In this document: piece by piece, positions 10,788-19,917 of the stretch
Layout: every line of letters starts with the position of its first letter
Numbering within the stretch: the first letter of the stretch is position 1
Assembly: GCA_964385645.1 (NCBI GenBank)
Contig: CAYLPT010000139.1
Location: forward strand, 1 to 52,001
Length of the DNA: 52,001 nt
Direction: 5' to 3'
Source of the DNA: an uncultured bacterium
GTDB taxonomy: Bacteria > Armatimonadota > Hebobacteria > Hebobacterales > Hebobacteraceae
The notes under the pieces: model-generated
Databases searched by the model: none
What the model was told of the DNA's origin: nothing
What the model saw: only the letters and a program-made list of their open reading frames with translations
Made by a program: the position numbers and the translations under genes

Positions 10788-11458
10788 CCGACAGGGACGA
10801 CGTAGACGACCGTCTCGTTGGCCGGAGCGCCGATCACGGCCTTGACCTCGGCCTCCGTAAAGGCCCCCACGGGCACCGATCCCAGGCCGAGCGCGACCGC
10901 CTGCAGGTGCACGTTCTGGGCGGCGTGGCCCACCTCGATATGGGTGAACATCTCGGCCCGGTCACGGTAGCGCGCGCGGATCACCTCATAGTCGGCGGCG
11001 AAGATGATGCTCAGAGGGGCCTGAGCGACGAATCCCTGCCCGAAGCAGGCGCGGGAGAGGGCGCCCCGGACATCCTCGCGCGAGAGCTGCGCCAGCCGGT
11101 GGCCCTGGGGCAGATAGCGGAACAGCCCCTCTGGCGTGGCGGCGTAGACGCGAAGCGGGTAGATCGCCCCCGCCGAGGGCGCGGTGCGGAAACCCTGCTC
11201 CGGCAGCGTGATGCCCTGAGCCGCCCACAGAAGCTGGCCGATCTGCTCCGGCGTCAGGGGATCGGGCCGGTAACTGCGGACCGAACGACGCTTGGCCATC
11301 GTCTCCTCGACCGACATCTCTCCCTGAGTGGCGGGGGGCGGGAGTTGCACCTCGCCCCCGGGCTCGCGGTCGGCCGGCGGCTGGCCACAGCCCAGGTCGC
11401 CCGGCAGCGCAAGCAGCAGCACGGCGTAGAGCCCGAGCAGCACAGACGAGATCCTCAT
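10772..11458 (-). CDS. SagB/ThcOx-type nitroreductase-family protein with N-terminal signal/anchor sequence
   Basis: The track ORF extends to 11860, but its first 134 aa are Arg/Pro-rich junk. ATG 11458 with GGAGG upstream gives MRISSVLLGLYAVLLLALPGDLGCG... followed by KRRSVRSYR, PSAGAIYPLRVY and HIEVGHAAQNVHLQAVALGLG. The 3' end overlaps the convergent URO-D-like gene by 16 nt. Confidence 0.75.
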   Translation of the reverse strand: MRISSVLLGLYAVLLLALPGDLGCGQPPADREPGGEVQLPPPATQGEMSVEETMAKRRSVRSYRPDPLTPEQIGQLLWAAQGITLPEQGFRTAPSAGAIYPLRVYAATPEGLFRYLPQGHRLAQLSREDVRGALSRACFGQGFVAQAPLSIIFAADYEVIRARYRDRAEMFTHIEVGHAAQNVHLQAVALGLGSVPVGAFTEAEVKAVIGAPANETVVYVVPVGHPAS

Positions 11459-11628
11459 CGGTCGGCCTCCGTGGTTCAGGATTCGCTCAGTGAGTTTGGC
11501 GGCGCGACGGTCGGAGTCCTGCGCGCCATGTTCGGGAATGCGACAAGGCCCGGGCGGGCTGCGGCGCGGGGTGCACGCTCGGGGATGCGGAGGAGAGAAG
11601 CGGTTGGTGAGCGAAGAAGGCCGCCGGA

Positions 11629-13296
11629 GTGATGGGCGAGCTGGCGAACCGACCGCTGCTGATGGTGACGGGCGCGCTCGCGCTCGGGGTGGCGCTGGGG
11701 CACCGCTGGGGCGTCCCCGCGGCCCTGGCCGGGGCAGTTCCGCTTGGCGTCGCCGCCGCGGGCTGGCTTCTGCGCTGCCGACTCTCCTGGGTGGGGGCGG
11801 GCGCACTCGCCGGGGCAGGGGCCGCCGGCGCGCTGCTCGCCGCGGCCGCGCAGGCGCCACCCGCGGGGGATGTGGCCCATCTCCCTCCGGGCGGCCGCAC
11901 CCTCGTCGGGACGGTCGCGGGGGCGCCCCGCTACCGCGATGGATTGTGGCGCTTCGTGCTCGCGGTCGAGGCCCATGAGGAGGGCGGGCGGCCGCAGCCG
12001 GCCGCCGGGCGGGTCTACGTGGTGATGCGCAGCCCGGAGCCGGTCAGGCGCGGCGAGCGCTGGCGGCTGACTGGCCGGCTGCGGGGGGTTCGGGAGGCAC
12101 GGAACCCGGGGGGGAGGGCGGAGGCGGTGCGGCTCGCCTCCCTCGGTGTCTCCGCGGTGATGGTGGTGGGCGCGCAGGAGCTTGCCGAGCCCCTCGGGCC
12201 GGGCCGGCTGGGGCCGATGGCCTCCCACGCCTACGCCGCGCAGCGCCGCGCGCTGGCGGTGCTGGAGCGCCACGTAGGCGGGCCCTACCGCGAGACCGCA
12301 GCCGCAGTGACGGCGGGGGTCATCTTCGGCGTGCACGCGGCGCCGCCCCCGGCGGCGTTGGTGGAGGTCTTCCGGCGCGCGGGCACCATCCATCTGCTCG
12401 TGGTCTCCGGCGCGATGGTCTCGATGGTGTTCGGCATGGTGTTCCTGCCTGGCGCGCTGGCCGCGGGCTGGCGGCGGTGGCGGGAGGAACGCCAGGCCCA
12501 GTGGCCGCTGAGCGGCCGCGGGCGCATCGCGCTTCGCCCAGGGCTGAGCGCGGCGCTGCTCGGCATGGCGGTGGTGACCTACTACGCGATCCTCACCGAG
12601 GGAGGACAGGCGGTCACCAGGGCGGCGATCATGGGGGTGCTGGTCGGGCTGGCGCTCGCGCTGCGCCGCGTCCCCGCGGTGGCGCGCGAGCATGGCCTCA
12701 ACGTGGACCGGTACTCCCTGCTCGCGGCGGCCGCCCTCGGCGTGCTCGTGGCGCGGCCGGCCGCGCTGCTCACCCCTGGCTTCCAGCTCTCGTTCGCCGC
12801 GGTGGGGGCGATCATCTATCTGTCGCCGAAGATGCAGCCGCTGCTGCGTTGGCTCCCCGGGTGGCTCGCGATGATCGTGGCCGCCACCGTGGCCGCGCAG
12901 GCGGCGACGTTCCCGATCCTCATGTGGCACTACGGGGAGGCGCCGGTGGCGGGCTTCGGCGCCAACCTGCTCGCCATCCCACTGGCGGCGGTGGTGCTGG
13001 CGGCGGGGATGCTCACCTGTATCCTCGGCCTCGCCCTCCCCTGGTTGGCGTCGGCCGCCGGCTGGGTGACAGGCGGCGCGGCGCGCGGGCTGGTGTGGGT
13101 CAGTGGCGGCTTCGCCGGCCTGCCGGGCGCCTCGCTCACCGTGGGCCGGCCCAGCATCTGGTTCGTCATCGGCTGGTACCTCGCCCTGCTGGCGGCCGGG
13201 TGGGCGCTGGGCCGATGGTCAGGGGGGCGCCCGGAGGCCCGGGAGCCCGCCGCGGCGCCGGCCGTCGTGGCCGGCGCTGAGGAGGCTTCGGCGTGA
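11629..13296 (+). CDS. comEC: ComEC/Rec2 DNA internalization channel, membrane part (DUF4131 + Competence domains) without the MBL domain
   Basis: Polytopic protein with the Competence-domain block FRRAGTIHLLVVSGAMVSMV. Ends in a stop that overlaps the next start by 4 nt (GTGA). Confidence 0.8.
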   Translation: MMGELANRPLLMVTGALALGVALGHRWGVPAALAGAVPLGVAAAGWLLRCRLSWVGAGALAGAGAAGALLAAAAQAPPAGDVAHLPPGGRTLVGTVAGAPRYRDGLWRFVLAVEAHEEGGRPQPAAGRVYVVMRSPEPVRRGERWRLTGRLRGVREARNPGGRAEAVRLASLGVSAVMVVGAQELAEPLGPGRLGPMASHAYAAQRRALAVLERHVGGPYRETAAAVTAGVIFGVHAAPPPAALVEVFRRAGTIHLLVVSGAMVSMVFGMVFLPGALAAGWRRWREERQAQWPLSGRGRIALRPGLSAALLGMAVVTYYAILTEGGQAVTRAAIMGVLVGLALALRRVPAVAREHGLNVDRYSLLAAAALGVLVARPAALLTPGFQLSFAAVGAIIYLSPKMQPLLRWLPGWLAMIVAATVAAQAATFPILMWHYGEAPVAGFGANLLAIPLAAVVLAAGMLTCILGLALPWLASAAGWVTGGAARGLVWVSGGFAGLPGASLTVGRPSIWFVIGWYLALLAAGWALGRWSGGRPEAREPAAAPAVVAGAEEASA

Positions 13297-14240
13297 GGTT
13301 GAGCCGAGAGCGCCTCCTGCTGCTCTTCCTGCTGGTGGCGGCGGCCGCCTTCTGGTGGCTGGCCTGGGGCGAGCTGTCCGACGACCTGATCGTCACCGTG
13401 CTGGACGTCGGGCAGGGCGACAGCATCCTCGTGCAGGCGCCCGGCGGCCGGACGATGCTGGTGGACGGCGGGGGCGCCGCCCGGCCCACCTCCGGGTGGG
13501 ATGTGGGGCGGGAGGTCGTTGTGCCCGCGCTCATGGCCCGGGGTGTGAGGCGGCTCGACGTGCTCGTCATCACCCACCCCCATGAGGACCACGTCGGCGG
13601 GCTGGCCGCGGTCGTCGAGGCGGTGCCCGTCGGGCTGGTGCTCGACCCCATGCTTCAGGATGAGAGCCGCAGCTACGCGCGCCTGCGAGAGGCCCTCGCG
13701 GAGCGCGACATCCCCGTGCACCGGGCGACCGAGGGGCAGCGGATCAACCTGGGCGGCGGGGTCTACGCCGATGTGCTGAACCCGCCCGACCCGCGGCTGG
13801 TGGGCACCGGCTCGGACGCCAACGACAACTCGGTCGTGCTGCGCCTCGTCCACGGGGAGATGAGCGTGCTGCTGACCGGGGACATAGACCGCGTGGGGGT
13901 GCTGCGCATGGCCCGCCTGGGGAGCGAGGTGCGCAGCGCCATCCTGAAGGTGCCCCACCACGGCTCTGAGCGCTCGGCCGCCCTCGAGTTCCTGGAGGCG
14001 GTGGCCCCCGAGCTGGCCGTGATCAGCGTAGGTGATGGCAACCCATTCGGCCATCCCTCGGCGGAGATGCTGCGGGAGCTGGAGCGTGTGGGGGCGAAGA
14101 TCATGAGGACTGACCAATACGGGGCGGTGACGGTGAGGGTCACCCCCACCTCGTGGTCGGCCCGGGGGTTCGCCGACCGGCGGACCCTCAGGCGGCCCGT
14201 GGAGCAGGCGGTCGGAGCGGGCGCGGAGGAGGCGCGGTGA
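13293..14240 (+). CDS. membrane-anchored metallo-beta-lactamase fold protein corresponding to the ComEC C-terminal domain
   Basis: N-terminal TM helix LLLLFLLVAAAAFWWLAWG, then LDVGQGDSILVQAPGG...VITHPHEDHVGGL...KVPHHGS, typical of the ComEC MBL nuclease domain. GTG 13293 overlaps the upstream stop. Confidence 0.8.
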   Translation: MRLSRERLLLLFLLVAAAAFWWLAWGELSDDLIVTVLDVGQGDSILVQAPGGRTMLVDGGGAARPTSGWDVGREVVVPALMARGVRRLDVLVITHPHEDHVGGLAAVVEAVPVGLVLDPMLQDESRSYARLREALAERDIPVHRATEGQRINLGGGVYADVLNPPDPRLVGTGSDANDNSVVLRLVHGEMSVLLTGDIDRVGVLRMARLGSEVRSAILKVPHHGSERSAALEFLEAVAPELAVISVGDGNPFGHPSAEMLRELERVGAKIMRTDQYGAVTVRVTPTSWSARGFADRRTLRRPVEQAVGAGAEEAR

Positions 14241-15499
14241 GGCAGACGAGGCTCAGGGTGCGGGTGCTCGATTCGCTGGCTGCCGACGAGGTAGTGGCCG
14301 AGCTCTACGCGCGGGGCGCGGACGCGGAGGCGGTCGCCCGCGTCGTCGCCCGCGGCCTGGGGCGGGCGGTGCTGCTGGGGCCGGTATCGCTCGAGGGCGC
14401 GCAGGCGCTGCAGCAGGCCGGGCGGGCGGCGGGGGCCGTATGCGCGCTGACGCGGGTGGCCGGCCGGTCCTCGCCTGATCTGGTCGAGGTGGTGATGCTG
14501 GGGCCGATGGAGGCGCTGCGGCGCGCCGCCGACACGCTGGCCGCGTCAACCGGCTCGCCTGGAGAGGCGGGGGCGCTCATGGCGGCCGCGCTGGCCGGGT
14601 TCGTGGCCTCGCCCCGTCGGGTGCTGCGCTGCGGGCGGCACGCGCTGCCCCTGGGCGAGAGGACGCTGCTGATGGGGATCGTCAACGTTACGCCCGACTC
14701 CTTCTCGGGAGATGGGCTGGCAGGGCAGGTGGAGATGGCGGTCGAGCAGGGCAGGCGAATGACCGCAGAGGGAGCGGATATCCTCGACATCGGCGGCGAG
14801 TCCACCCGGCCTGGCGCCGATCCCGTCAGCCTGGAGGAGGAGCTGGCCCGGGTGTTGCCGGTGGTGGAGGGGCTGGCATCGGCGGTGGAGGCGCCTATCT
14901 CCATTGACACCTACAAGTCGGCGGTGGCGAGGGAGGCGCTGGCGCGGGGCGCGACCATCGTCAACGACGTCAGCGGCCTGCACGCCGACCCGGGGATGCC
15001 GGCCGCCGCGGCGGAGGCCGGGGCGGCGGTCATCGTCATGCACATGCGCGGCGCCCCGCGGGATATGCAGCAGGACCCCCGGTATGCGGATGTCATCGGC
15101 GAGATCAGCGACTACCTCGAGGAGGGCGTCGCCGCCGCCGAGGCCGCGGGCATCGGGAGGGATCAGCTCGTCATTGACCCGGGGATCGGGTTCGGCAAGA
15201 CGCTGGAGCACAACCTCGAGATCTTGCGGCGGCTGCGGGAGTTCCGCTGCCTCGGTCTGCCCGTGATGGTGGGCGCCTCGCGCAAGTCCATGATCGGCGC
15301 CATCCTCGATCTGCCGCCGGGCGAGCGCGTCGAGGGCACCGCGGCGACGGTGGCGCTCGCGATCGCCGCCGGCGCGGACATCGTCCGCGTGCACGACGTC
15401 CGCGAGATGGCCCGCGTGGCGCGGGTGGCCGACGCCATCGTCCGCGTCGTGCACGAGCCGCCCGAGAGCGACCATCAGTGGGCGGACGCGCGGGGGTGA
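14237..15499 (+). CDS. folP: dihydropteroate synthase with an N-terminal extension of about 125 aa
   Basis: LLMGIVNVTPDSFSGDG, DIGGESTRPGA, ISIDTYK and VNDVSG DHPS blocks. The start is taken as GTG 14237, which overlaps the upstream TGA (GTGA). The track ORF starts at 14153. Confidence 0.88.
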   Translation: MRQTRLRVRVLDSLAADEVVAELYARGADAEAVARVVARGLGRAVLLGPVSLEGAQALQQAGRAAGAVCALTRVAGRSSPDLVEVVMLGPMEALRRAADTLAASTGSPGEAGALMAAALAGFVASPRRVLRCGRHALPLGERTLLMGIVNVTPDSFSGDGLAGQVEMAVEQGRRMTAEGADILDIGGESTRPGADPVSLEEELARVLPVVEGLASAVEAPISIDTYKSAVAREALARGATIVNDVSGLHADPGMPAAAAEAGAAVIVMHMRGAPRDMQQDPRYADVIGEISDYLEEGVAAAEAAGIGRDQLVIDPGIGFGKTLEHNLEILRRLREFRCLGLPVMVGASRKSMIGAILDLPPGERVEGTAATVALAIAAGADIVRVHDVREMARVARVADAIVRVVHEPPESDHQWADARG

Positions 15500-15500
15500 G

Positions 15501-15998
15501 ATGCCGCGGCGGGCATACCTCGGTCTCGGCGCGAACCTCGGCGATCGGCGGGCAAGCCTCCGCCGCGCGGTCGCGCACATCCGCGCCCTGCCGGGTGTGA
15601 ACCTCCTGCGCGCCTCCAGCGTCTATGAGACGGAGCCGATGGGCGTGACCGACCAGCCCGCGTTCCTGAACATGGTGGTCGAGGTGGAGATCGCCGACTG
15701 CCTGCGCGCCGGGGCGCTGCTGGAGGCGGTGAAGCGCATCGAGGCCGAGGTGGGCCGGACGCGGCGGGAGCGCTGGGGGCCGAGGGAGATTGACATTGAC
15801 GTGCTGCTGGTGGGCGAGGAGCGGGTGCAGGAGGGCGACCTGGAGGTGCCCCATCCCCGCATGTGGGAGCGGGCCTTCGTGATGGTTCCGCTGGCAGAGC
15901 TGGCGCCCGATCTGGCGGGGCCGGGCGGAGAGACGGCGGCCAGCATCGCGGCGCGGCTGCGAGAGGAGCAGGGGGTACGTGCCCACCTTCCGCTATGA
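15501..15998 (+). CDS. folK: 2-amino-4-hydroxy-6-hydroxymethyldihydropteridine diphosphokinase (HPPK)
   Basis: AYLGLGANLGDR..., SSVYETEPMG..QPAFLN..V, REIDIDVL and HPRMWERAFVMVPL blocks. ATG lies 1 nt after the folP stop. Confidence 0.92.
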   Translation: MPRRAYLGLGANLGDRRASLRRAVAHIRALPGVNLLRASSVYETEPMGVTDQPAFLNMVVEVEIADCLRAGALLEAVKRIEAEVGRTRRERWGPREIDIDVLLVGEERVQEGDLEVPHPRMWERAFVMVPLAELAPDLAGPGGETAASIAARLREEQGVRAHLPL

Positions 15999-17160
15999 GG
16001 CGAGGGGCCCGACGGGCTCCCTGGAGCGCGGGCGCCTGCAGGCCGACAACGCCCGGGCTGCCGCCCGCCAGCTCCAGGCCAAGGGCTACATCGTCACCCG
16101 CGTCCGCGCCGAGCGGCCCGCGGCCGGCGAAGGGCCGCTCGCCGCCGCGGTGCGGACCGCGCTGGCGCCGGTGTTCTTCCCGGTCAGCAGCAAGGCCCTC
16201 GGCAGCTACTTCTCCTCCCTGGCGGCGCTGCTCCAGGCCGGCATGAGCATCGTCGAGGCGATGGAGACACTGGCCAACCAGACGGGTAACCCGATCCTGC
16301 GGCGCGCCGCGCGTGAGATGGGCGAGTCAGCGGCCGCCGGCCGGCCCATGTCCAGCGTGATGCGGCGCTACCCCGCGGCCTTCCACCAGGCCACCATGGC
16401 GGCCATCGAGGCGGGCGAGGAATCGGGGCTGCTCGAGCGCACCGCCGGGCGCCTCGCGCGCTACTATGACCGCGCCTTCGAACTCGAGCAGATCTACCGC
16501 TGGCACACCTTCTACCCGAAGGTGCTCCTCATCGCCCTGCTGCTCATCCCCACGGTGCCCACCCTTGTGCTCGAGGGCTTTCATCCCTGGCTCCACCTGG
16601 CGCTGGGGCGAGGGCTGCCGGTGCTCGCGGCCATCGTTGTGCTCTGGTACGGGTGGCGGGCGCTCAGGCGCGTCCCCCAGTTCGGCCGGGCGGTGGATGC
16701 CGTGAAGCTCTTCATCCCCTGGTTCGGCAGCCTCGGGCGGCGCATGGCGACCGCCCGCTGGGCGCGGGCCCTGGCGATGCTGCTGGAGGCCGGCGTACCG
16801 GTCCACCGCTCCCTGGTGGCGGCCGCCGCCGCCACCGGCAACCGCGCCATGGAGGAGGCCCTCGTCCGCGAGGCGAGGGGCGTGCTCGAGGGGCGATCCC
16901 TGTCCGAGACCATCGCCTCGAGCGGCCAGCTCCCCCGCATGGCGCTCGACCTGCTTGCGACGGCCGAGCGATCAGGCTCCTTCGAGGAGGCGCTGGAGCG
17001 CGTCGCCCAGTACTACGAGTCCGAGGCCGATGTCGGCGGCAAGCAGACCGCGGTCGCGATCGGGGTGCTCGCCTACCTGATCGTTGCGGGCATCATCGCG
17101 GTGATCGTCATCAGCTTCTGGGGCGGCCACGTGGCGGGGCTCGGGGCGCTCATGGAGTAA
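15979..17160 (+). CDS. type II secretion / type IV pilus platform protein family (GspF/PilC/ComGB-like)
   Basis: 393 aa. PilC-type N-terminus MPTFRYEARGPTGSLERGRLQADNARAAARQLQAKGYIV and two T2SSF-like repeats with TM segments. GTG 15979 follows GAGAGGAG and overlaps folK by 20 nt. Confidence 0.82.
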   Translation: MPTFRYEARGPTGSLERGRLQADNARAAARQLQAKGYIVTRVRAERPAAGEGPLAAAVRTALAPVFFPVSSKALGSYFSSLAALLQAGMSIVEAMETLANQTGNPILRRAAREMGESAAAGRPMSSVMRRYPAAFHQATMAAIEAGEESGLLERTAGRLARYYDRAFELEQIYRWHTFYPKVLLIALLLIPTVPTLVLEGFHPWLHLALGRGLPVLAAIVVLWYGWRALRRVPQFGRAVDAVKLFIPWFGSLGRRMATARWARALAMLLEAGVPVHRSLVAAAAATGNRAMEEALVREARGVLEGRSLSETIASSGQLPRMALDLLATAERSGSFEEALERVAQYYESEADVGGKQTAVAIGVLAYLIVAGIIAVIVISFWGGHVAGLGALME

Positions 17161-17164
17161 TCGC

Positions 17165-18013
17165 GTGACCATGGAGGTCGTCTCATCGGCGGCGGAGGTG
17201 CGCGCCAGGGTGGCGGCGGCAAGGGGCGCAGGGAAGTCGGTCGGGCTGGTGCCGACCATGGGCGCGCTGCACGAGGGGCACCTGGCGCTGCTGCGGCGCG
17301 CCAGGGCGGAGTGCGGCTATGTGGTCATCTCCATCTACGTCAACCCAACCCAGTTCCCCCCGGGCGAGGACTTCGCCCACTACCCGCGGGACCTGGAGGG
17401 CGACCTGGAGAAGGCCCGCACGGCGGGCGCCGACCTGGTGTTCGCGCCGCCCACCGCGGAGATCTACCCCCCCGGCGACAGCACCTTCGTCGAGGTGACG
17501 GGGCCGCTGGTCGAGTGCCTGTGCGGGCCTCACCGGCCGGGTCACTTCCGCGGGGTGACCACGGTGTGCGCGAAGCTGTTCGGCATCGTCGGGGCGGACC
17601 GCGCCTACTTCGGCGAGAAGGACTACCAGCAACTGCTGGTCATCAAACGCATGGTGCGCGATCTTCACCTGCCCCTCGAGATCGCGTCCGTGCCGACAGT
17701 GCGCGCGCCCGACGGGCTCGCGCTCAGCTCCCGCAACCAGTACCTCTCCCCGGAGGAGCGCGAGGCGGCGACGGTGCTCTACCGCGCCCTGTCGTGGGCC
17801 AGGGAGCAGGCCGCGGCGGGCGAGCGGGACGCCGCGCAACTGCTGGCCGGCGTCCGGCGCATCATCGCCGAGGAGCCCCGGGTGAGGCTCCAGTACGCGG
17901 AGCTGAGGGACGCGGACACCCTCGCCGAGCTGGGGCGCCTGGAGGGCCGCGCCGTGCTCGCGGTGGCGGCGCACGTGGGGCGGGCTCGGCTGATAGACAA
18001 CGTGCTGCTGTAG
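17165..18013 (+). CDS. panC: pantoate--beta-alanine ligase
   Basis: VPTMGALHEGHLALL, YVNPTQF and FGEKDYQQ blocks. GTG 17165 lies 7 nt after GGAG. Confidence 0.95.
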   Translation: MTMEVVSSAAEVRARVAAARGAGKSVGLVPTMGALHEGHLALLRRARAECGYVVISIYVNPTQFPPGEDFAHYPRDLEGDLEKARTAGADLVFAPPTAEIYPPGDSTFVEVTGPLVECLCGPHRPGHFRGVTTVCAKLFGIVGADRAYFGEKDYQQLLVIKRMVRDLHLPLEIASVPTVRAPDGLALSSRNQYLSPEEREAATVLYRALSWAREQAAAGERDAAQLLAGVRRIIAEEPRVRLQYAELRDADTLAELGRLEGRAVLAVAAHVGRARLIDNVLL

Positions 18014-18073
18014 CCCGGCCGCGGCGGGGCATCACTGTCAGTGTCGGCGGGGGACGGCAAGGGAGTCGGTGCG

Positions 18074-18424
18074 ATGCTGATCACCGTGTGCAAATCGAAG
18101 ATCACGCCGGCCACCGTGACCGACGCGCAGCTCGCCTACGAGGGCAGCATCACCCTCGACGCCGCGCTGGTGGAGGCGGCGGCCCTCGTGCCCGGCGAGC
18201 AGGTGCACGTGTTGAACCTCAACAACGGCGCGCGGGTCATCACCTACCTCATCGTGGGGGAGCGCGGCTCCGGCGTGGTGTGCCTGAACGGCCCGGCCGC
18301 GCGCACCGGGCTGGTGGGTGACCGGGTTACGGTGCTGGCCTATGCCCACATGACCGAGCAGGAGGCCCGGGGCTGGCAGATGCGGCTCGTGAGGGTGGAC
18401 GAGCACAACCGCGTCCTCGCGTGA
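18074..18424 (+). CDS. panD: aspartate 1-decarboxylase
   Basis: MLITVCKSKITPATVTDAQLAYEGSITLD (Gly-Ser self-processing site) and LNGPAAR. ATG 18074 follows GGGAG. The track ORF starts 33 nt earlier. Confidence 0.93.
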   Translation: MLITVCKSKITPATVTDAQLAYEGSITLDAALVEAAALVPGEQVHVLNLNNGARVITYLIVGERGSGVVCLNGPAARTGLVGDRVTVLAYAHMTEQEARGWQMRLVRVDEHNRVLA

Positions 18425-18434
18425 GCGCGGGCGG

Positions 18435-18465
18435 TTGGCGGGGGGCGGGGGGTTTGTGCTAGAAT
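18435..18465 (+). promoter_or_regulatory. hslU promoter, extended -10 TGC-TAGAAT
   Basis: TGTGCTAGAAT ends at 18465. There is a weak TTGGCG 19 nt upstream. ATG 18475 lies 9 nt downstream with no SD. Confidence 0.45.
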
Positions 18466-18474
18466 GGCGCTGCT

Positions 18475-19917
18475 ATGGGCACTCCCGCAGACTTGACACA
18501 GAGACGACTCCTGAACGAGCTGACACCCCGGCGCATCGTCGAGGAGTTGGACCGCTACATCGTCGGGCAGCAGGAGGCGAAGCGGTCAGTGGCGATCGCG
18601 CTGCGCAACCGCATGCGGCGCCAGGGGCTCTCGGATGACATTCGGGACGAGGTCATCCCCAAGAACATCCTCATGATCGGGCCCACAGGGGTGGGCAAGA
18701 CCGAGATCGCGCGGCGGCTGGCGAAGCTGGCGCGCGCGCCCTTCATCAAGGTGGAGGCGAGCAAGTACACCGAGGTGGGCTATGTGGGCCGGGACGTGGA
18801 GTCCATGGTCCGGGACCTGGTGGAGTCGGGGGTGCGGATGGTCCGCTCCGAGAAGGTGCAAGAGGTGAAGGAGCAGGCGGAGCGTCGCGCCCTCGAGCGC
18901 ATCCTCGACGCCCTCCAGCGCCGGGGAAGCGGGCGACCGTCCGCGCGCCTGCACTCAGTGGGGGAGGCGATGGCCGCGCTGCTCCAGCAGCGGCCGCTCG
19001 AGCCGCCCCCCGAGCAGGAGCGCGACGAGCCCGGCGAGGGCGAGGACCGAACCGAGCTCCGGCGACGCCTGCTCGCCGGCGAGCTCGACGAGCGCGTCAT
19101 CGAGATCGAGGTCGAGGAGAGCCGGCTCATGACCTTCCCGATCTGGGGCGCGGGCGGCATGGAGGAGCTGGGGATGAACCTCCAGGAGATGCTCGGGGGC
19201 ATGTTCCCGAAGCAGCGCCGGCGTCGGTCCGTGACCGTGCGAGAGGCGCGCCGCATTCTCGTAGACCAGGAGGCGGCGCGCATGGTTGACATGGAGCAGG
19301 CCGCGGCCGAGGCGGTGGCTCGCGTCGAGCAGTCAGGGATCATCTTCATCGACGAGATGGACAAGATTGCCGGCCGAGAGCGGGGCGTGGGCCCGGACGT
19401 GAGCCGGGAGGGGGTGCAGCGGAACCTCCTGCCCATCGTCGAGGGCTCGACGGTGATGACCAAGTACGGCCCTGTTCAGACCGACCACATCCTCTTCATC
19501 GCCGCCGGGGCCTTCCACGCCACCAAGCCCTCCGACCTCATCCCGGAGCTCCAGGGGCGCTTCCCTCTGCGGGTCGAGCTCTCCGCGCTGGGGGAGGAGG
19601 AGTTCGTGCGCATCCTCACCGAGCCGCAGAACTCCCTCATCCGCCAGTACACCGCGCTCCTGGAGACCGAGGGGGTGACGCTCGAGTTCACCCCCGAGGG
19701 GGTGGCCGAGATCGCGCGCATCGCCGCGAAGGTCAATGCCGAGACCGAGAACATCGGCGCCCGGCGCCTGCACACCATCATGGAGCGGCTGCTGGAGGAG
19801 GTGTCCTTCGCCGCCCCCGAGATCGCGCCCGCCCATGTCAAGATCACCCCCGGTTATGTGCGGGAGCAGCTCGCCGACGTAGTGAAGAACCTCGACCTCG
19901 CTCGCTACATCCTGTAG
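18475..19917 (+). CDS. hslU: ATP-dependent protease ATPase subunit HslU
   Basis: [31 protein letters not shown], Walker [16 protein letters not shown], and [11 protein letters not shown]. 480 aa. No hslV in the window. Confidence 0.95.
   Translation: MGTPADLTQRRLLNELTPRRIVEELDRYIVGQQEAKRSVAIALRNRMRRQGLSDDIRDEVIPKNILMIGPTGVGKTEIARRLAKLARAPFIKVEASKYTEVGYVGRDVESMVRDLVESGVRMVRSEKVQEVKEQAERRALERILDALQRRGSGRPSARLHSVGEAMAALLQQRPLEPPPEQERDEPGEGEDRTELRRRLLAGELDERVIEIEVEESRLMTFPIWGAGGMEELGMNLQEMLGGMFPKQRRRRSVTVREARRILVDQEAARMVDMEQAAAEAVARVEQSGIIFIDEMDKIAGRERGVGPDVSREGVQRNLLPIVEGSTVMTKYGPVQTDHILFIAAGAFHATKPSDLIPELQGRFPLRVELSALGEEEFVRILTEPQNSLIRQYTALLETEGVTLEFTPEGVAEIARIAAKVNAETENIGARRLHTIMERLLEEVSFAAPEIAPAHVKITPGYVREQLADVVKNLDLARYIL

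Noticed and set aside
11459-11860. N-terminal extensions of track ORFs. These include the nitroreductase to 11860, the giant protein to 35551, secA to 50027, PMM to 22609, the endonuclease to 45623, the methylase to 46555 and GNAT from 34955.
   Set aside because: The extensions are Arg/Pro/Ala-rich, cross neighbouring genes or promoters, and internal ATG/GTG codons with good SDs give family-typical N-termini.
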